Assembly: GCA_965243065.1 (NCBI GenBank)
Contig: CBDETO010000005.1
Location: 1,742,634 to 1,806,633, forward strand
Direction of reading: 5' to 3'
DNA: 64,000 nt
Source: Bdellovibrionales bacterium
GTDB lineage: Bacteria > Bdellovibrionota > Bdellovibrionia > Bdellovibrionales > UBA1609
Both the position numbers and the translations under genes were made by a program. Positions 9,325 through 18,756 of this stretch are shown here, piece after piece. The notes below the pieces were generated by a model. It was not told the origin of the DNA and made no database searches. It saw only the letters and a program-made list of their open reading frames with translations. The stretch's first letter is position 1, and every line of letters begins with the position of its first letter.

Positions 9325-10239
9325 TTAAGTCCGCATTTTAGGATGAATATAAATATAAATAAGATCCACGGCTAAATTCACCAACACATAGATAACAGAG
9401 ATCAACAGCACAGCCCCTTGAACAAGGGGGTAGTCTCTTCTTTGAATGGCTTCCAAGAGCAAAAGCCCCAAGCCGGGCCAATCAAAAATACTTTCTACGA
9501 TCACTGTGCCTGTAAGAAGAGCCCCACTTTGAAGCCCTACTACGGTCACTATAGGCACTAAGGCATTTTTAAAGCCATGTTTTAAGTTCACCTTTAAAGA
9601 GGAAAGCCCTTTGGCTTTAGCGGTTCGAATATAATCTTTTTCCATCACTTCCAACAAAGCCGCCCGGCTCATTTTAAGTAACACGGCTCCAAGGGGTAAA
9701 GCCAGGCTCACGGCGGGTAAAATAAAGTGAGGCCAACTATCCCCTTTTTCACTCACCGGTAACCAGGAAAGCTGAAGGGCGAAAACCCAGATCAAAAGGG
9801 GAGCGAGAAAAAAGACGGGAAGAGACATAGCTAAAAGAGAGAGAAAAGAAAGCCCCGTGTCCCATAAGCCTCTTTTCAAAACAGAAAAAAGCCCGGCCGG
9901 AACCCCCCAGGCTAGGGCCAGACACAAAGAGAAAAAAGCTAACTGAAAAGTAGCCGGAAAAGCCTGCCTCAGCTCTTTTAAAACCGGCTCACCAGAATGA
10001 AGAGAAGAAGATAAATCCCCTTTTAATAGTTTTAAAAAAAAAACTTTATACTGCTTCCAAAGGCTTTGATTCAGGCCCAAACTTTCTCTAAGTTGTTCCC
10101 GATCCAAGGCAGAAGCTTGATCCCCTAAGATAATATCCACAGGATCCCCTGGAACCAGATGAATTAAAAAAAAACTAAAGCTACAGACTGTAAAAATAGC
10201 CAAAAGGCTTAAAAGTCCTCGGTGGACTATCGTCTTCAT
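9325..10239 (-). CDS. dppB: Peptide/nickel ABC transporter permease (DppB/OppB family)
   Basis: VPGDP, DYIRTAKAKGL, VESIFDWPGLG and RDYPLVQG motifs. Confidence 0.9.
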   Translation of the reverse strand: MKTIVHRGLLSLLAIFTVCSFSFFLIHLVPGDPVDIILGDQASALDREQLRESLGLNQSLWKQYKVFFLKLLKGDLSSSLHSGEPVLKELRQAFPATFQLAFFSLCLALAWGVPAGLFSVLKRGLWDTGLSFLSLLAMSLPVFFLAPLLIWVFALQLSWLPVSEKGDSWPHFILPAVSLALPLGAVLLKMSRAALLEVMEKDYIRTAKAKGLSSLKVNLKHGFKNALVPIVTVVGLQSGALLTGTVIVESIFDWPGLGLLLLEAIQRRDYPLVQGAVLLISVIYVLVNLAVDLIYIYIHPKMRT

Positions 10240-10421
10240 ATCTTGCTTTCCTTTTATATCCCTTTGCTTTGGTTCTCCACTTGTGCGGGAATCCAGCCCT
10301 GTGAGCGAAAAGGCAAGTGGCCCCCCAGTTCGTGGAAACAGGAAGCCGCTTTGGTGGTTTTTCGTCCTGCAAAAGCCCTGTCATTCCTGTAAATGTTCAC
10401 TCATTCGCTGACAAAATCGTT

Positions 10422-10538
10422 TCTTCAGGAGAGAATAGGAATCAAAAGACTCAGACATGCGTTTTGCCACAAAGCGACTTTCAGTCGCATTGTGTTCAAG
10501 GGCCTAACTCGCTTTTGCCCCCTATTCTCTCCTGAAGA
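10422..10538. mobile_element. MITE-like element, family B
   Basis: Perfect 18-bp terminal inverted repeat TCTTCAGGAGAGAATAGG / CCTATTCTCTCCTGAAGA. Confidence 0.75.
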
Positions 10539-10550
10539 GCCTATCTCTCT

Positions 10551-10763
10551 GTCATTCCCGCGAAGCTTGTCCCCGTGGAAACGGGGAGCGGGAATCCCGT
10601 AAATGAACTAGACCCCCGCCTACGCGGGGGTGACAACACTCCCGCGAAGCTTGTCCCCGTGGAAACGGGGAGCGGGAATCCCGTAAATGAACTAGACCCC
10701 CGCCTACGCGGGGGTGACAACACTCCCGCGAAGCTTGTCCCCGTGGAAACGGGGAGCGGGAAT
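10551..10763. repeat. BIME-like tandem array of paired REP hairpins, 84-bp period
   Basis: Identical units start at 10557, 10641 and 10725. Each full unit has a nested REP plus an opposite-orientation REP (gacccccgcctacgcgggggtgac). Confidence 0.9.
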
Positions 10764-11047
10764 TTTATACCAGTTCAGTAAAAAAGTCTTCAAAAAAAGT
10801 TTTTTTACTTATTAACTGGCATAACAAAATCGGCCTGGGAATTTTTTAATATTATAAATTCTAAGAAAATAGGTTATACTGAAGCTCGCCAATAAAAACC
10901 CTTTAGGTACAGGGTGGACGAGATTCCCGTTTTCGCGGAATTGTAAATGTTCACTCATTCGCTGACAAAATTGAGTTTATAAGGGAGCCTTAGAAAGCTC
11001 TAAATAATCCAAGATAAGGAGGCGAGTTATGAGGGATAGAGTTGAGT

Positions 11048-11166
11048 TTCTTCAGGAGAGAATAGGGTTGAAAAGCGAGTTCGGATTTGACATACGAGCA
11101 ACCATAGGTTGCTCTGTGGCAAACCGCATGTCCGAGCCTTTTGTGCTCCTATTCTCTCCTGAAGAA
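11048..11166. mobile_element. MITE-like element, family B (core in reverse orientation)
   Basis: Perfect 19-bp terminal inverted repeat. The interior is the reverse complement of the 8244 and 6792 cores. Confidence 0.75.
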
Positions 11167-11246
11167 CAAGAACCGACTGGATTCCCGTTTTCGCGGGAAT
11201 GACAGGCTAGAGTGGACCAATAAAAACTCATTGGGTTTAAGAACTT

Positions 11247-13367
11247 ATGAAGAAATTAAAAGCTAGAAAAAAAAGACATGTTACAGGGCAGTTATCCATC
11301 TTTGCCATTCTTATTTTTCAAGTGCTTTTTATTCTTTTTGCCATGTCCTTAAACATGGCTTTAGTCGTGCATGATAAAATCAATCTTCAAAACTCGGTGG
11401 ATATCGCTGCCTATTACGGAGCCATGAAGCAGGCGGAAATGATGAACGCCATTGCTCATATTAATTATCAAATTCGTCAATCCTGGAAACTTCTGACCTG
11501 GAGATACCGCGTGTTGGGGAGTATGGGTCTTACGGATTCACCATCATCGGAAGGAGGATTTCCTGCCATAAATACCGATACCGAGCATTATTTACCTGTC
11601 TTTAAAAATCCACCACGGGAGGGACCTTATTTTTTTTGTTTGGGACATAAGCTTTGGGGAACTCTTATGGATCCTGTAGATCTGAGTCCTAGACCCGGCC
11701 CTACTTTAGGTGATAATCTTTGTGAACGAATGGATCAAGACATCTCTGCCCCTATTGGAACTCCCTCCATGCCTGGGTTTGGAGGTTGGTCCTCTTTTGT
11801 AGGTGGCATGTCCGGCTTTATAACATCTGTGGGTATCAAACTTCGGAAGAAATGTAATTTTTATGGTTTTAATTCCTGGGTTTTCGGTATGGAGTCTTTT
11901 ACTCATTTTCGAAGAGATCAAAGTGCTAGAAAATACATGATACATGAGTTAGCTAATGCTTTATCCTCGGACAAAGACCTGGATGGCGGTTTTATTTCGG
12001 TAGGTGTTAAAAAAACTTTTAAAAAAAACTTAAGCTTTATTAATAAAGGTTCTTTTGATGACGACCCAAATCAGCTTAAGCAGTTTAATTCTTTAACCGG
12101 CCACTCCCCTGGGGAATGGTTAAAAGATCAGGAACTTACCGAATGGTCGGGAATGTATGCCAATACCTACGGCCCTGCAGATAATTGTGAAAAGAAGCTT
12201 TCTTATTTAAATGATCCACCTCAAGAAATAAAAAATGATCCGACAGCTTTAGCCAAAGCTCAAGAACAGATAAGAATGGCAGTAGAGTTTGTAGAACCTA
12301 ATCAGCCCTGGCCGGCTTGCGCTACAGGGTCTAAAAGCTGTCTTCCTTCCGCGGGGATGAGAAAAATAAAGAACTTCGTGGTCTTTTACAGTGTTAAGGC
12401 GGATCTAAAATATAAAAACCAAATTTTTCTGCCTTTTAGCACAAATGTAACTTTAAAAGCCAAAGCCTTTGCCAAACCTTTTGGAGGCCGCATAGGTCCT
12501 AACACAGAAGACCCTTCGGATCCTCCTGTGGACAAGCTTCTTCCGAAGTCCTTTTCAGTCGTTCCTATTATAGCAGATAAGCAAAGCACCCCCAACTACT
12601 CTCGCTATCCGGGAGATAAATGGGGCTTAAGATCGAGTGTCGTGCATTATCACTGGGCTAAGTATATAAAGTCAAACTCTGCCGAAAACAATATACACTA
12701 TTATCGAAACTCTCCTGAAGACAAGGGCCCTTTGGCTAAGGACTTCGTTACAAGATCTACTCATGTGAGGGCCAGAGGATGGGAGATCGCCGCCGTAGCG
12801 CCTGATCTTTTTGATGTTACTTATTTTACCATCTTGCCTTATTATACCCAGGTGTATTTTCCTAAAGTTTATCATTTAATTTCTGATAAGGATTATGTAC
12901 GAGGAGATTTAGGGAGATTTGAAAACTCTACAGGAGGATTTGATGGTGACAGCATTCTGGAGCAAGTGGGCTATGGTTCCAGTCCAGATAAAAGTATATG
13001 GGCAAGAATCCCCTCCAATGACTTCCATCTCCCTCCCCTCCCTATTTACAGTTCTTTTGCTAAACCCTTTTATAAGATCCAAAATTTAAACTTGCTCCTT
13101 ACGGGCTGGAACCCTCCTAAAAGAAAATACGAAAGTGGAGATAACGATTATGATGCAAATAAGGAAACCAATTTTGGAGAGTGTTTTAAGTGGGTTCATC
13201 AAGCCGGAGTGGATCCCTATTCCCCCAGCCCAAGAGGAAAAATCGCCACCGGGTGCATTTACGGAGGACGTACCGGCTATTCCGTTAAAATGATATCAAT
13301 GGGTTTTTTACAAAGCCTTGTACCTTCTTTAACATCTGTGCCTTCAGGAGACCCTGAATGGTATTAA
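11247..13367 (+). CDS. Tad/Flp pilus-associated TadG-like protein
   Basis: Basic N-terminus, then a GQ prepilin-like site, a hydrophobic helix and KINLQNSVDIAAYYGA (Tad N-terminal LQxAxDxAA motif). Confidence 0.7.
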   Translation: MKKLKARKKRHVTGQLSIFAILIFQVLFILFAMSLNMALVVHDKINLQNSVDIAAYYGAMKQAEMMNAIAHINYQIRQSWKLLTWRYRVLGSMGLTDSPSSEGGFPAINTDTEHYLPVFKNPPREGPYFFCLGHKLWGTLMDPVDLSPRPGPTLGDNLCERMDQDISAPIGTPSMPGFGGWSSFVGGMSGFITSVGIKLRKKCNFYGFNSWVFGMESFTHFRRDQSARKYMIHELANALSSDKDLDGGFISVGVKKTFKKNLSFINKGSFDDDPNQLKQFNSLTGHSPGEWLKDQELTEWSGMYANTYGPADNCEKKLSYLNDPPQEIKNDPTALAKAQEQIRMAVEFVEPNQPWPACATGSKSCLPSAGMRKIKNFVVFYSVKADLKYKNQIFLPFSTNVTLKAKAFAKPFGGRIGPNTEDPSDPPVDKLLPKSFSVVPIIADKQSTPNYSRYPGDKWGLRSSVVHYHWAKYIKSNSAENNIHYYRNSPEDKGPLAKDFVTRSTHVRARGWEIAAVAPDLFDVTYFTILPYYTQVYFPKVYHLISDKDYVRGDLGRFENSTGGFDGDSILEQVGYGSSPDKSIWARIPSNDFHLPPLPIYSSFAKPFYKIQNLNLLLTGWNPPKRKYESGDNDYDANKETNFGECFKWVHQAGVDPYSPSPRGKIATGCIYGGRTGYSVKMISMGFLQSLVPSLTSVPSGDPEWY

Positions 13368-13385
13368 ACCCGGAAGGAGTTTTAG

Positions 13386-14486
13386 TTGGTGAAGAGTATG
13401 GAAACAGATTTTTCGGTTTGGATGGGAATACAAGGTCTTGCTTTGTCTTCAGAGGAAAAAAAAGCTCTTCAAGAAAGCTTTATCTCTGGAGTTGTTCTCT
13501 TTAAAAGAAATATAGAATCTTTATCTCAGCTATGGGAGCTGTGTCAGGAAATTCATAGTTTGAACCCCGCTCCCCTCATGGCTATGGATCGGGAAGGGGG
13601 GGAGGTGGATCGCTTAAAACATTTGCCGGAGTACCCTCTTTGGCCTTCTCCCGCCGAGCTGGCCCAGGTTTGTTCTTTACAAGAGATAGAAAAAACTGCC
13701 TTCTATATGTCTCAAGAAATGAGGGATTTAGGTATCTGTGTTAATTTTGCCCCTTGTGTGGATATTCTCTCTGTTAGTAATCCCCTTTTTAAAGGCAGGC
13801 TTTGGGGAAACCAGGTAAAATCCGTATCCGAAAAAACCATCGCCTGGTTAAATGGGCTTAAAAAAACTGGATTGGCGGCCTGTGCAAAACATTTTCCAGG
13901 TCATGGAGGAGTTAAAGAAGACTCTCATGTCGAGTTGCCCGTAGATCAAAGAAATTTTGAAAGTTTAAAAAAAAAAGATACCTTACCTTTTCAGGAAATG
14001 ATTACGGCCGGAGTGGAGATGATTATGACAGCACATGTGCTTTACCCTAAAGTGGATTCTCTTAACCCCGCCACTTTATCTTCCTTTTTTTTACAACAGG
14101 TGTTGAGAAAGCAAATGGGTTTTTCAGGACTGATAGTTTCTGATGATTTGGATATGAAAGCCTTGTATAAGGCCGATACTTCCTTACCGCGCATCATGGC
14201 GCAGGCCCTGGAAGCTGGGGTGGATATTTTGTTGAAATGCAGCCCTTGTGTGAACGAACAGGAATGGATAGAGCCGTTTAATGAAGCTTTGAGTCAAAAT
14301 AACACCGGAAGGGGACAGACAGAGCAAAAAAGAATAAAAAAGGGAGAAGGGCGTATAAGTGCCTTTAGAAAAAAATATTCTACTATAAAACCCCTCCCTT
14401 CTTTAAAGGCTTTAAAAACCCGGGGGCAGGACTTGAGGATCAAAAATTGGTGCGATGAATTAACGAAAAGGCTCACAGATGCCTGA
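13386..14486 (+). CDS. nagZ: Beta-N-acetylhexosaminidase (GH3)
   Basis: GVVLFKRN, MDREGG, KHFPGHG..DSH, MTAHV and SDDLDM motifs. Confidence 0.9.
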   Translation: MVKSMETDFSVWMGIQGLALSSEEKKALQESFISGVVLFKRNIESLSQLWELCQEIHSLNPAPLMAMDREGGEVDRLKHLPEYPLWPSPAELAQVCSLQEIEKTAFYMSQEMRDLGICVNFAPCVDILSVSNPLFKGRLWGNQVKSVSEKTIAWLNGLKKTGLAACAKHFPGHGGVKEDSHVELPVDQRNFESLKKKDTLPFQEMITAGVEMIMTAHVLYPKVDSLNPATLSSFFLQQVLRKQMGFSGLIVSDDLDMKALYKADTSLPRIMAQALEAGVDILLKCSPCVNEQEWIEPFNEALSQNNTGRGQTEQKRIKKGEGRISAFRKKYSTIKPLPSLKALKTRGQDLRIKNWCDELTKRLTDA

Positions 14487-14606
14487 CCAGTTGCGGGTAC
14501 GGCTCGGAAGGAGATAGAGGAGGAGACCGAGCCAGACGGGTCTAATTTTATAGATTGTGTTTTTTTGTTCTTCGGGATGGATGGTACAATAAACATATAG
14601 GTTTTT

Positions 14607-15653
14607 ATGAATCGTTTTTTGGCTTTTTTTTTAGTGTCTTTTTTGTTGCATTTGACGGTAGGGGCTTTGTTGCTTTCTCGCTCCGGTATATTAGGAGGGA
14701 AAGGGACCGATGATAGTACGGAGCTAAGTGACTTAGAAGAAGTTTCTATGGAAGCTTCCCCCGGCGAAGAAAAAACAAAAGAGATTTTAGAAAAAAAAGT
14801 TAAAGAAATAAAATATCCTCCCTCCCCTCCCCCGAAGTCAAAACCGAAAAAAACGAGGAAGAAAAAACCAGTGAAGATTCCGCCCGTTTCCCCTCCCCCA
14901 AAAAAACAAACACCTCCGGTGGTTAAGCCACCTGTTGTGCCAGATAAGCCTGTTGTGCCGGATAAGCCTGTTGTGCCAGATAAGCCTGTTGTGCCGGAAT
15001 CAGCTAAGACGGAATCGGATGTAAAAGAGATGGAAAAACCAGAAAAAACTCCAGCACCGGAGGAAGCCCCCCGGGCGGAAGAAGAAAAGGCCCCTGAAAA
15101 AACTTTAGAAAAAAAGGAAGAAGAAAAAGGAAAAGAGGAATGGGTGGATGAAAGTGAAATCGTGCCTTCCTCCCCCCCTTCCTCGTCTGAGAAAGCTGAA
15201 CCAGAAAAGGAAGCCCCTTTGGATGGGAAAAAACAGAAGCCTCAAACGGAGTTCGAGGAAAAAAAAACAGATGAAGACCAAAAACCTTCTGCTCCCCCAG
15301 GTTCGCCGCAGGGGGAAAAAAGCGAGGTTCCTTCTTTAGATGTAGGGGCCGCTCGTATGCACAGTCAATTAAAACAATTGGAAGGCAACCCTCTTCCCGT
15401 TTATCCTAGAGAGGCCTTAAAAAAAAGATGGGAAGGAAGGGCAGAGATATTTTATTATGTCAATCGAGCTGGTTTTGTAGAAAAAATTCAGCTTAAAAAC
15501 TCCTCGGGTCATTCTATTTTAGATAATGCAGCCCTCCGTGCTCTATCTCGTTACCGCTACTACCCTGGCCAAGAGGGCTGGGTTAAACATCCTGTGGAGT
15601 TTCTTTTGGATTTAAGTCAGGAAGTAAAAGAAACCGCGCCTTTAGGTAGATAG
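14607..15653 (+). CDS. tonB: TonB-family energy transducer
   Basis: N-terminal TM helix with SxxxH, Pro/Lys-rich linker including PVVPDK repeats, and TonB_C domain (YPREA..WEG..SSGHSILDNAAL). Confidence 0.85.
   Translation: MNRFLAFFLVSFLLHLTVGALLLSRSGILGGKGTDDSTELSDLEEVSMEASPGEEKTKEILEKKVKEIKYPPSPPPKSKPKKTRKKKPVKIPPVSPPPKKQTPPVVKPPVVPDKPVVPDKPVVPDKPVVPESAKTESDVKEMEKPEKTPAPEEAPRAEEEKAPEKTLEKKEEEKGKEEWVDESEIVPSSPPSSSEKAEPEKEAPLDGKKQKPQTEFEEKKTDEDQKPSAPPGSPQGEKSEVPSLDVGAARMHSQLKQLEGNPLPVYPREALKKRWEGRAEIFYYVNRAGFVEKIQLKNSSGHSILDNAALRALSRYRYYPGQEGWVKHPVEFLLDLSQEVKETAPLGR
14928..14998 (+). repeat. 18-bp coding tandem repeat (PVVPDK, about 4 copies)
   Basis: cctgttgtgcc(a/g)gataag repeated inside tonB. 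Confidence 0.85.
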
Positions 15654-15662
15654 GTTTGCTGC

Positions 15663-16466
15663 ATGTATTATAAAATAGGGTCTAGGCTTTTTTTTCTTCT
15701 TATCAGTAGTCACATTTCTTTTTTTTCTTTGGCTTTAGATCTTCGGGGTCCTTTAGCCTTATCTATGAGCGGTTCCGGCAGAGCCGCTACCCAGTCCGGG
15801 GCGGAATACCACCTCATCAATCCAGCCGGGCTGGTTCATGCTTCCGGGTTTTCTTCCGGAACTTATTATATGTTTGAGGTGGCAGAAAAACGAAAGCCGG
15901 TCTGGGGGGTTTCTCTTTCAGAAACACGACAAATTCCTTTAGCTTTGAGCTACATAAAAAAGAGGCATTCAAAAGAGCAATACATGAGTGTGAGCACGGC
16001 AGGTTTTGTTGTCCCTGGATGGAGCTTGGGTTTAAGCCTCAGTCGTTGGCAGATAGACCAAGGGGCTAACTGGAATATGCAAGCCGGTATTTTAGTAAAA
16101 CCGACTTCCTCTTCTTTTGCTTTGGGAGCAACATGGGATCATATTTTACCTCTGGAGGGAGCCTTTGAAAAAAAAAGAAGATGGGGGCTGGGTGTGGATT
16201 ATAAGTTTTATGAGGGTTTTTTCTTAAGAGCAGACGCTTTTTATAATCAAAATACCAGGTGGTTAGTGGCAGGGGGAATAAAAGCTATCTTTAGTGATTT
16301 TTTGGTTTTGCGTTTTTCCTCCCTTTGGCATTTACATCAAGAATTTTTTCTTTTTTCCGGAGGGATAGGCTTGGAAACGGGGCAGATCTCTTTAGACTAC
16401 GGCCTTAGCCAATGGGAGCGGGAAAAAGCCTGGTTACACACCATCAATGTTCGCTTTTCATTCTAA
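15663..16466 (+). CDS. Putative outer-membrane beta-barrel protein
   Basis: Signal peptide, N-terminal SMSG..A....INPAGL motif (FadL/PorV-like start), alternating beta strands and C-terminal Phe. Confidence 0.6.
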   Translation: MYYKIGSRLFFLLISSHISFFSLALDLRGPLALSMSGSGRAATQSGAEYHLINPAGLVHASGFSSGTYYMFEVAEKRKPVWGVSLSETRQIPLALSYIKKRHSKEQYMSVSTAGFVVPGWSLGLSLSRWQIDQGANWNMQAGILVKPTSSSFALGATWDHILPLEGAFEKKRRWGLGVDYKFYEGFFLRADAFYNQNTRWLVAGGIKAIFSDFLVLRFSSLWHLHQEFFLFSGGIGLETGQISLDYGLSQWEREKAWLHTINVRFSF

Positions 16467-16467
16467 G

Positions 16468-16579
16468 AAGGCCAGGGGCCTTGTTTAAGGCCAGGGGCCT
16501 TGTTTAAGGCCAGGGGCCTTGTTTAAGGGCCAAGGGCCTTGTTTTAAGGTCAAGGGCCTTGTTTTAAGGTCAAGGGCCT
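16468..16579. repeat. 19-21-bp palindromic tandem repeat (6 copies) between convergent genes
   Basis: aaggccaggggccttgttt units at 16468, 16487, 16506, 16525, 16546 and 16566. Confidence 0.9.
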
Positions 16580-16599
16580 ACTCTTATAAGGTCGCAGAC

Positions 16600-17868
16600 C
16601 TAATTTTTTCTTACACAGATGGATAAAAAATGGGGGCAATATTCGTCACCTCTTCTGCTGCATTTTGCGCCGCTATTGGCTAAGCGATGGCCTGGGTTAT
16701 CTTGAGTGGTCAATGGTGTATAACAAAAGTTACTAGGACTTTTAAGAGAGATACATTTTTTACTGGTGTTGATATTCCATTCCGCTGGGGAGGACCTCAG
16801 GACGGTGCGGGCCACTGTGGCTGCCGTGCCGGTAGGTGAGGCACTGGGGCATAACTCTTCTGGAGGGGGAATTCTTTCATCAGGATCTTCTGCATTTAAA
16901 GCCTTTTCTAAAGTGGGGTATTTTTTCCGATAATCGGGGGGGAGGCTGTCATAGAGTCTTTTAGGTTGAAAGGTGTTTTCGGCATGTCGTCTAATTTCGA
17001 AGCGGAGAGACTCTGGACAGGTCCATGTTTTTTGGGGAGGAGCTTCCGGTCGTTTTTCTTCGGAGATAGAACGAAGAGCGTATCGGGAAAGCCGTGGGGC
17101 GCTGGTAATTTCTGCTAGATTTAAGGTGTAAATTCTCCCATAAATATCTACCCCTGTTTCTCCTCCTGTTTTGTGGAGAGTTTTGTTTTCCTTCCCTCCT
17201 TTGTAGGTTAAGGCGAGTTTCCAGCCTCCACTGTTAAGCCCTAATACAGCGCTAGATATAATATTGGGGCCGTAGGACATTCGAGCTTCAATAGAGTCAC
17301 TTCCCGGTCTGATACGAGTCGTGCCCGTGGCTACTAAATCCTTGACCAGACGGTAGAGCCGTAAAGAAGAAATTTGAATAACGCTATTAGGTAGAGTCGT
17401 TGTAAGGTTGTTTATATGTGCATAGGAGAGCCAGGGGAGGGCATGATATTTTGTGGAGCTTTTAATGAGGGTTTCTAAAGCACTGGCACTCATAGAGCCT
17501 AATTGTTGTAAAAAATACTCACTTAAACGAAGTCCACTTCGGTCAAAGTAAGCCCCCGCTTTAAAAGTAAAAAAAACGGGATTTTCGCAGCTCATATAAG
17601 CGATTGTGTCCATCTGTAAATCATAAGGAAAATAGTTAAACTCTTCGGGGTCATCGGGTTTTGCTGGCTTTTCTGTAACGGCTTCTTCATCCAGAATCTT
17701 CTCTGCTTCTTCTTGTGTGGCTGGTGGTGGAGGGGTCGCTATCTCCAGATCGGATGTCAGAGAGCTTAAAATTTCTGCTCTTTTGGAGGCCGCTCCAGAA
17801 CAGCCGTTGAAGAGTCCTATATTTAGTGTTAGAACCAGGAAAAGGAAAAAAAAGGAAAAATAATTCAT
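16600..17868 (-). CDS. Hypothetical lipoprotein with Cys-rich C-terminus
   Basis: Signal peptide with LFNGC lipobox; 422-aa ORF; several paired Cys near the C-terminus. Confidence 0.7.
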   Translation of the reverse strand: MNYFSFFFLFLVLTLNIGLFNGCSGAASKRAEILSSLTSDLEIATPPPPATQEEAEKILDEEAVTEKPAKPDDPEEFNYFPYDLQMDTIAYMSCENPVFFTFKAGAYFDRSGLRLSEYFLQQLGSMSASALETLIKSSTKYHALPWLSYAHINNLTTTLPNSVIQISSLRLYRLVKDLVATGTTRIRPGSDSIEARMSYGPNIISSAVLGLNSGGWKLALTYKGGKENKTLHKTGGETGVDIYGRIYTLNLAEITSAPRLSRYALRSISEEKRPEAPPQKTWTCPESLRFEIRRHAENTFQPKRLYDSLPPDYRKKYPTLEKALNAEDPDERIPPPEELCPSASPTGTAATVARTVLRSSPAEWNINTSKKCISLKSPSNFCYTPLTTQDNPGHRLANSGAKCSRRGDEYCPHFLSICVRKN

Positions 17869-17898
17869 ACTTATTTAATCGGAGATTTATTAGAAAAC

Positions 17899-18756
17899 AT
17901 GAGAAAAAGATGGTTATATTCTTTTTTTTTCCTTAGTTCTTTAGAGGTTTTGTCTTTTTTGCCTTTACCTTTGGCAAAGGCTTATATTCCCACTTACTCC
18001 ATGATCCTTTCTCATTTGGCGGAGTCTCAGGGTAAAGGAGGCTACCTTATTGAGCAAGAAGTGTTCTTTAAAGAAGGGACAGAGCCTCTTTTTTTAAAAG
18101 AGATATGGTGGATCGCTAGTTCCCAGGAGATCCGTTTGGATGTAGTCAGTGCAAAAAAAAAATCTCTAAGGAAAAAAGATACACCTAAGTCCTCTGATCT
18201 TTATTTGCGTTTTCTTTACCAAGGGGGTAAAAAAATCTTCCGAGACGAAAATAATAAATTGCAAAGGCGTCCTCTTTCTCCTTATCATTTGGAAAAGCCC
18301 TTTCATTTAAGAAGTGAAGAAAAATTAAGAAAACTCTTTTCCCTGTGGCGAGCAGCTCCTTATCAAGTGCCGGAAAGAAAAGAGGGTCAAGGTTCTGATT
18401 CTTTTGCGCGCCTTAATCGAAAAGGAGGCGTCATACAATATCAAATAGGAAAAAGCTTGTCTTATGTATGGTTGGAGCAAGATGAGTTTGTGATTCGTTC
18501 CTGGAAATGGTCTTCTGGAGAAAGTTTGGATGCCGGGGATTATAAACTTTATCCGGGCTCCTTGTTTTATCCGTCCTATAAAATTTTTCGTCAAAATGGA
18601 ATGACAGTGAGTATGCAAACACAAAAAGTGCAGAGGTGGAAGGTGAATAAAAAACAGATCCGTGTCAAAGTCCTTTCCAAAAAAAACACTTTACCAGATC
18701 ATCTTTCTTCCGTAGATCAGGATCAAATTCGTGAGTTTTACAGAAAGTTCCGATAG
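17899..18756 (+). CDS. Hypothetical exported protein
   Basis: Signal peptide ending AKA; 285-aa ORF that overlaps the priA start. Confidence 0.65.
   Translation: MRKRWLYSFFFLSSLEVLSFLPLPLAKAYIPTYSMILSHLAESQGKGGYLIEQEVFFKEGTEPLFLKEIWWIASSQEIRLDVVSAKKKSLRKKDTPKSSDLYLRFLYQGGKKIFRDENNKLQRRPLSPYHLEKPFHLRSEEKLRKLFSLWRAAPYQVPERKEGQGSDSFARLNRKGGVIQYQIGKSLSYVWLEQDEFVIRSWKWSSGESLDAGDYKLYPGSLFYPSYKIFRQNGMTVSMQTQKVQRWKVNKKQIRVKVLSKKNTLPDHLSSVDQDQIREFYRKFR

Noticed and set aside
10551-10763. Possible CRISPR array (palindromic repeats, 84-bp period)
   Set aside because: Units are fully identical REP pairs with no variable spacers.
10181-10781. Five short overlapping ORFs
   Set aside because: They mostly fall on repeat modules and show no independent coding evidence.
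14485-14544. GC-rich hairpin after nagZ with a purine-rich loop
   Set aside because: Single occurrence with no U-tract directly after the stem; cannot be assigned as terminator, ncRNA or element.
14928-14998. PVVPDK repeats as a novelty
   Set aside because: Pro-rich repeats are normal in TonB linkers.
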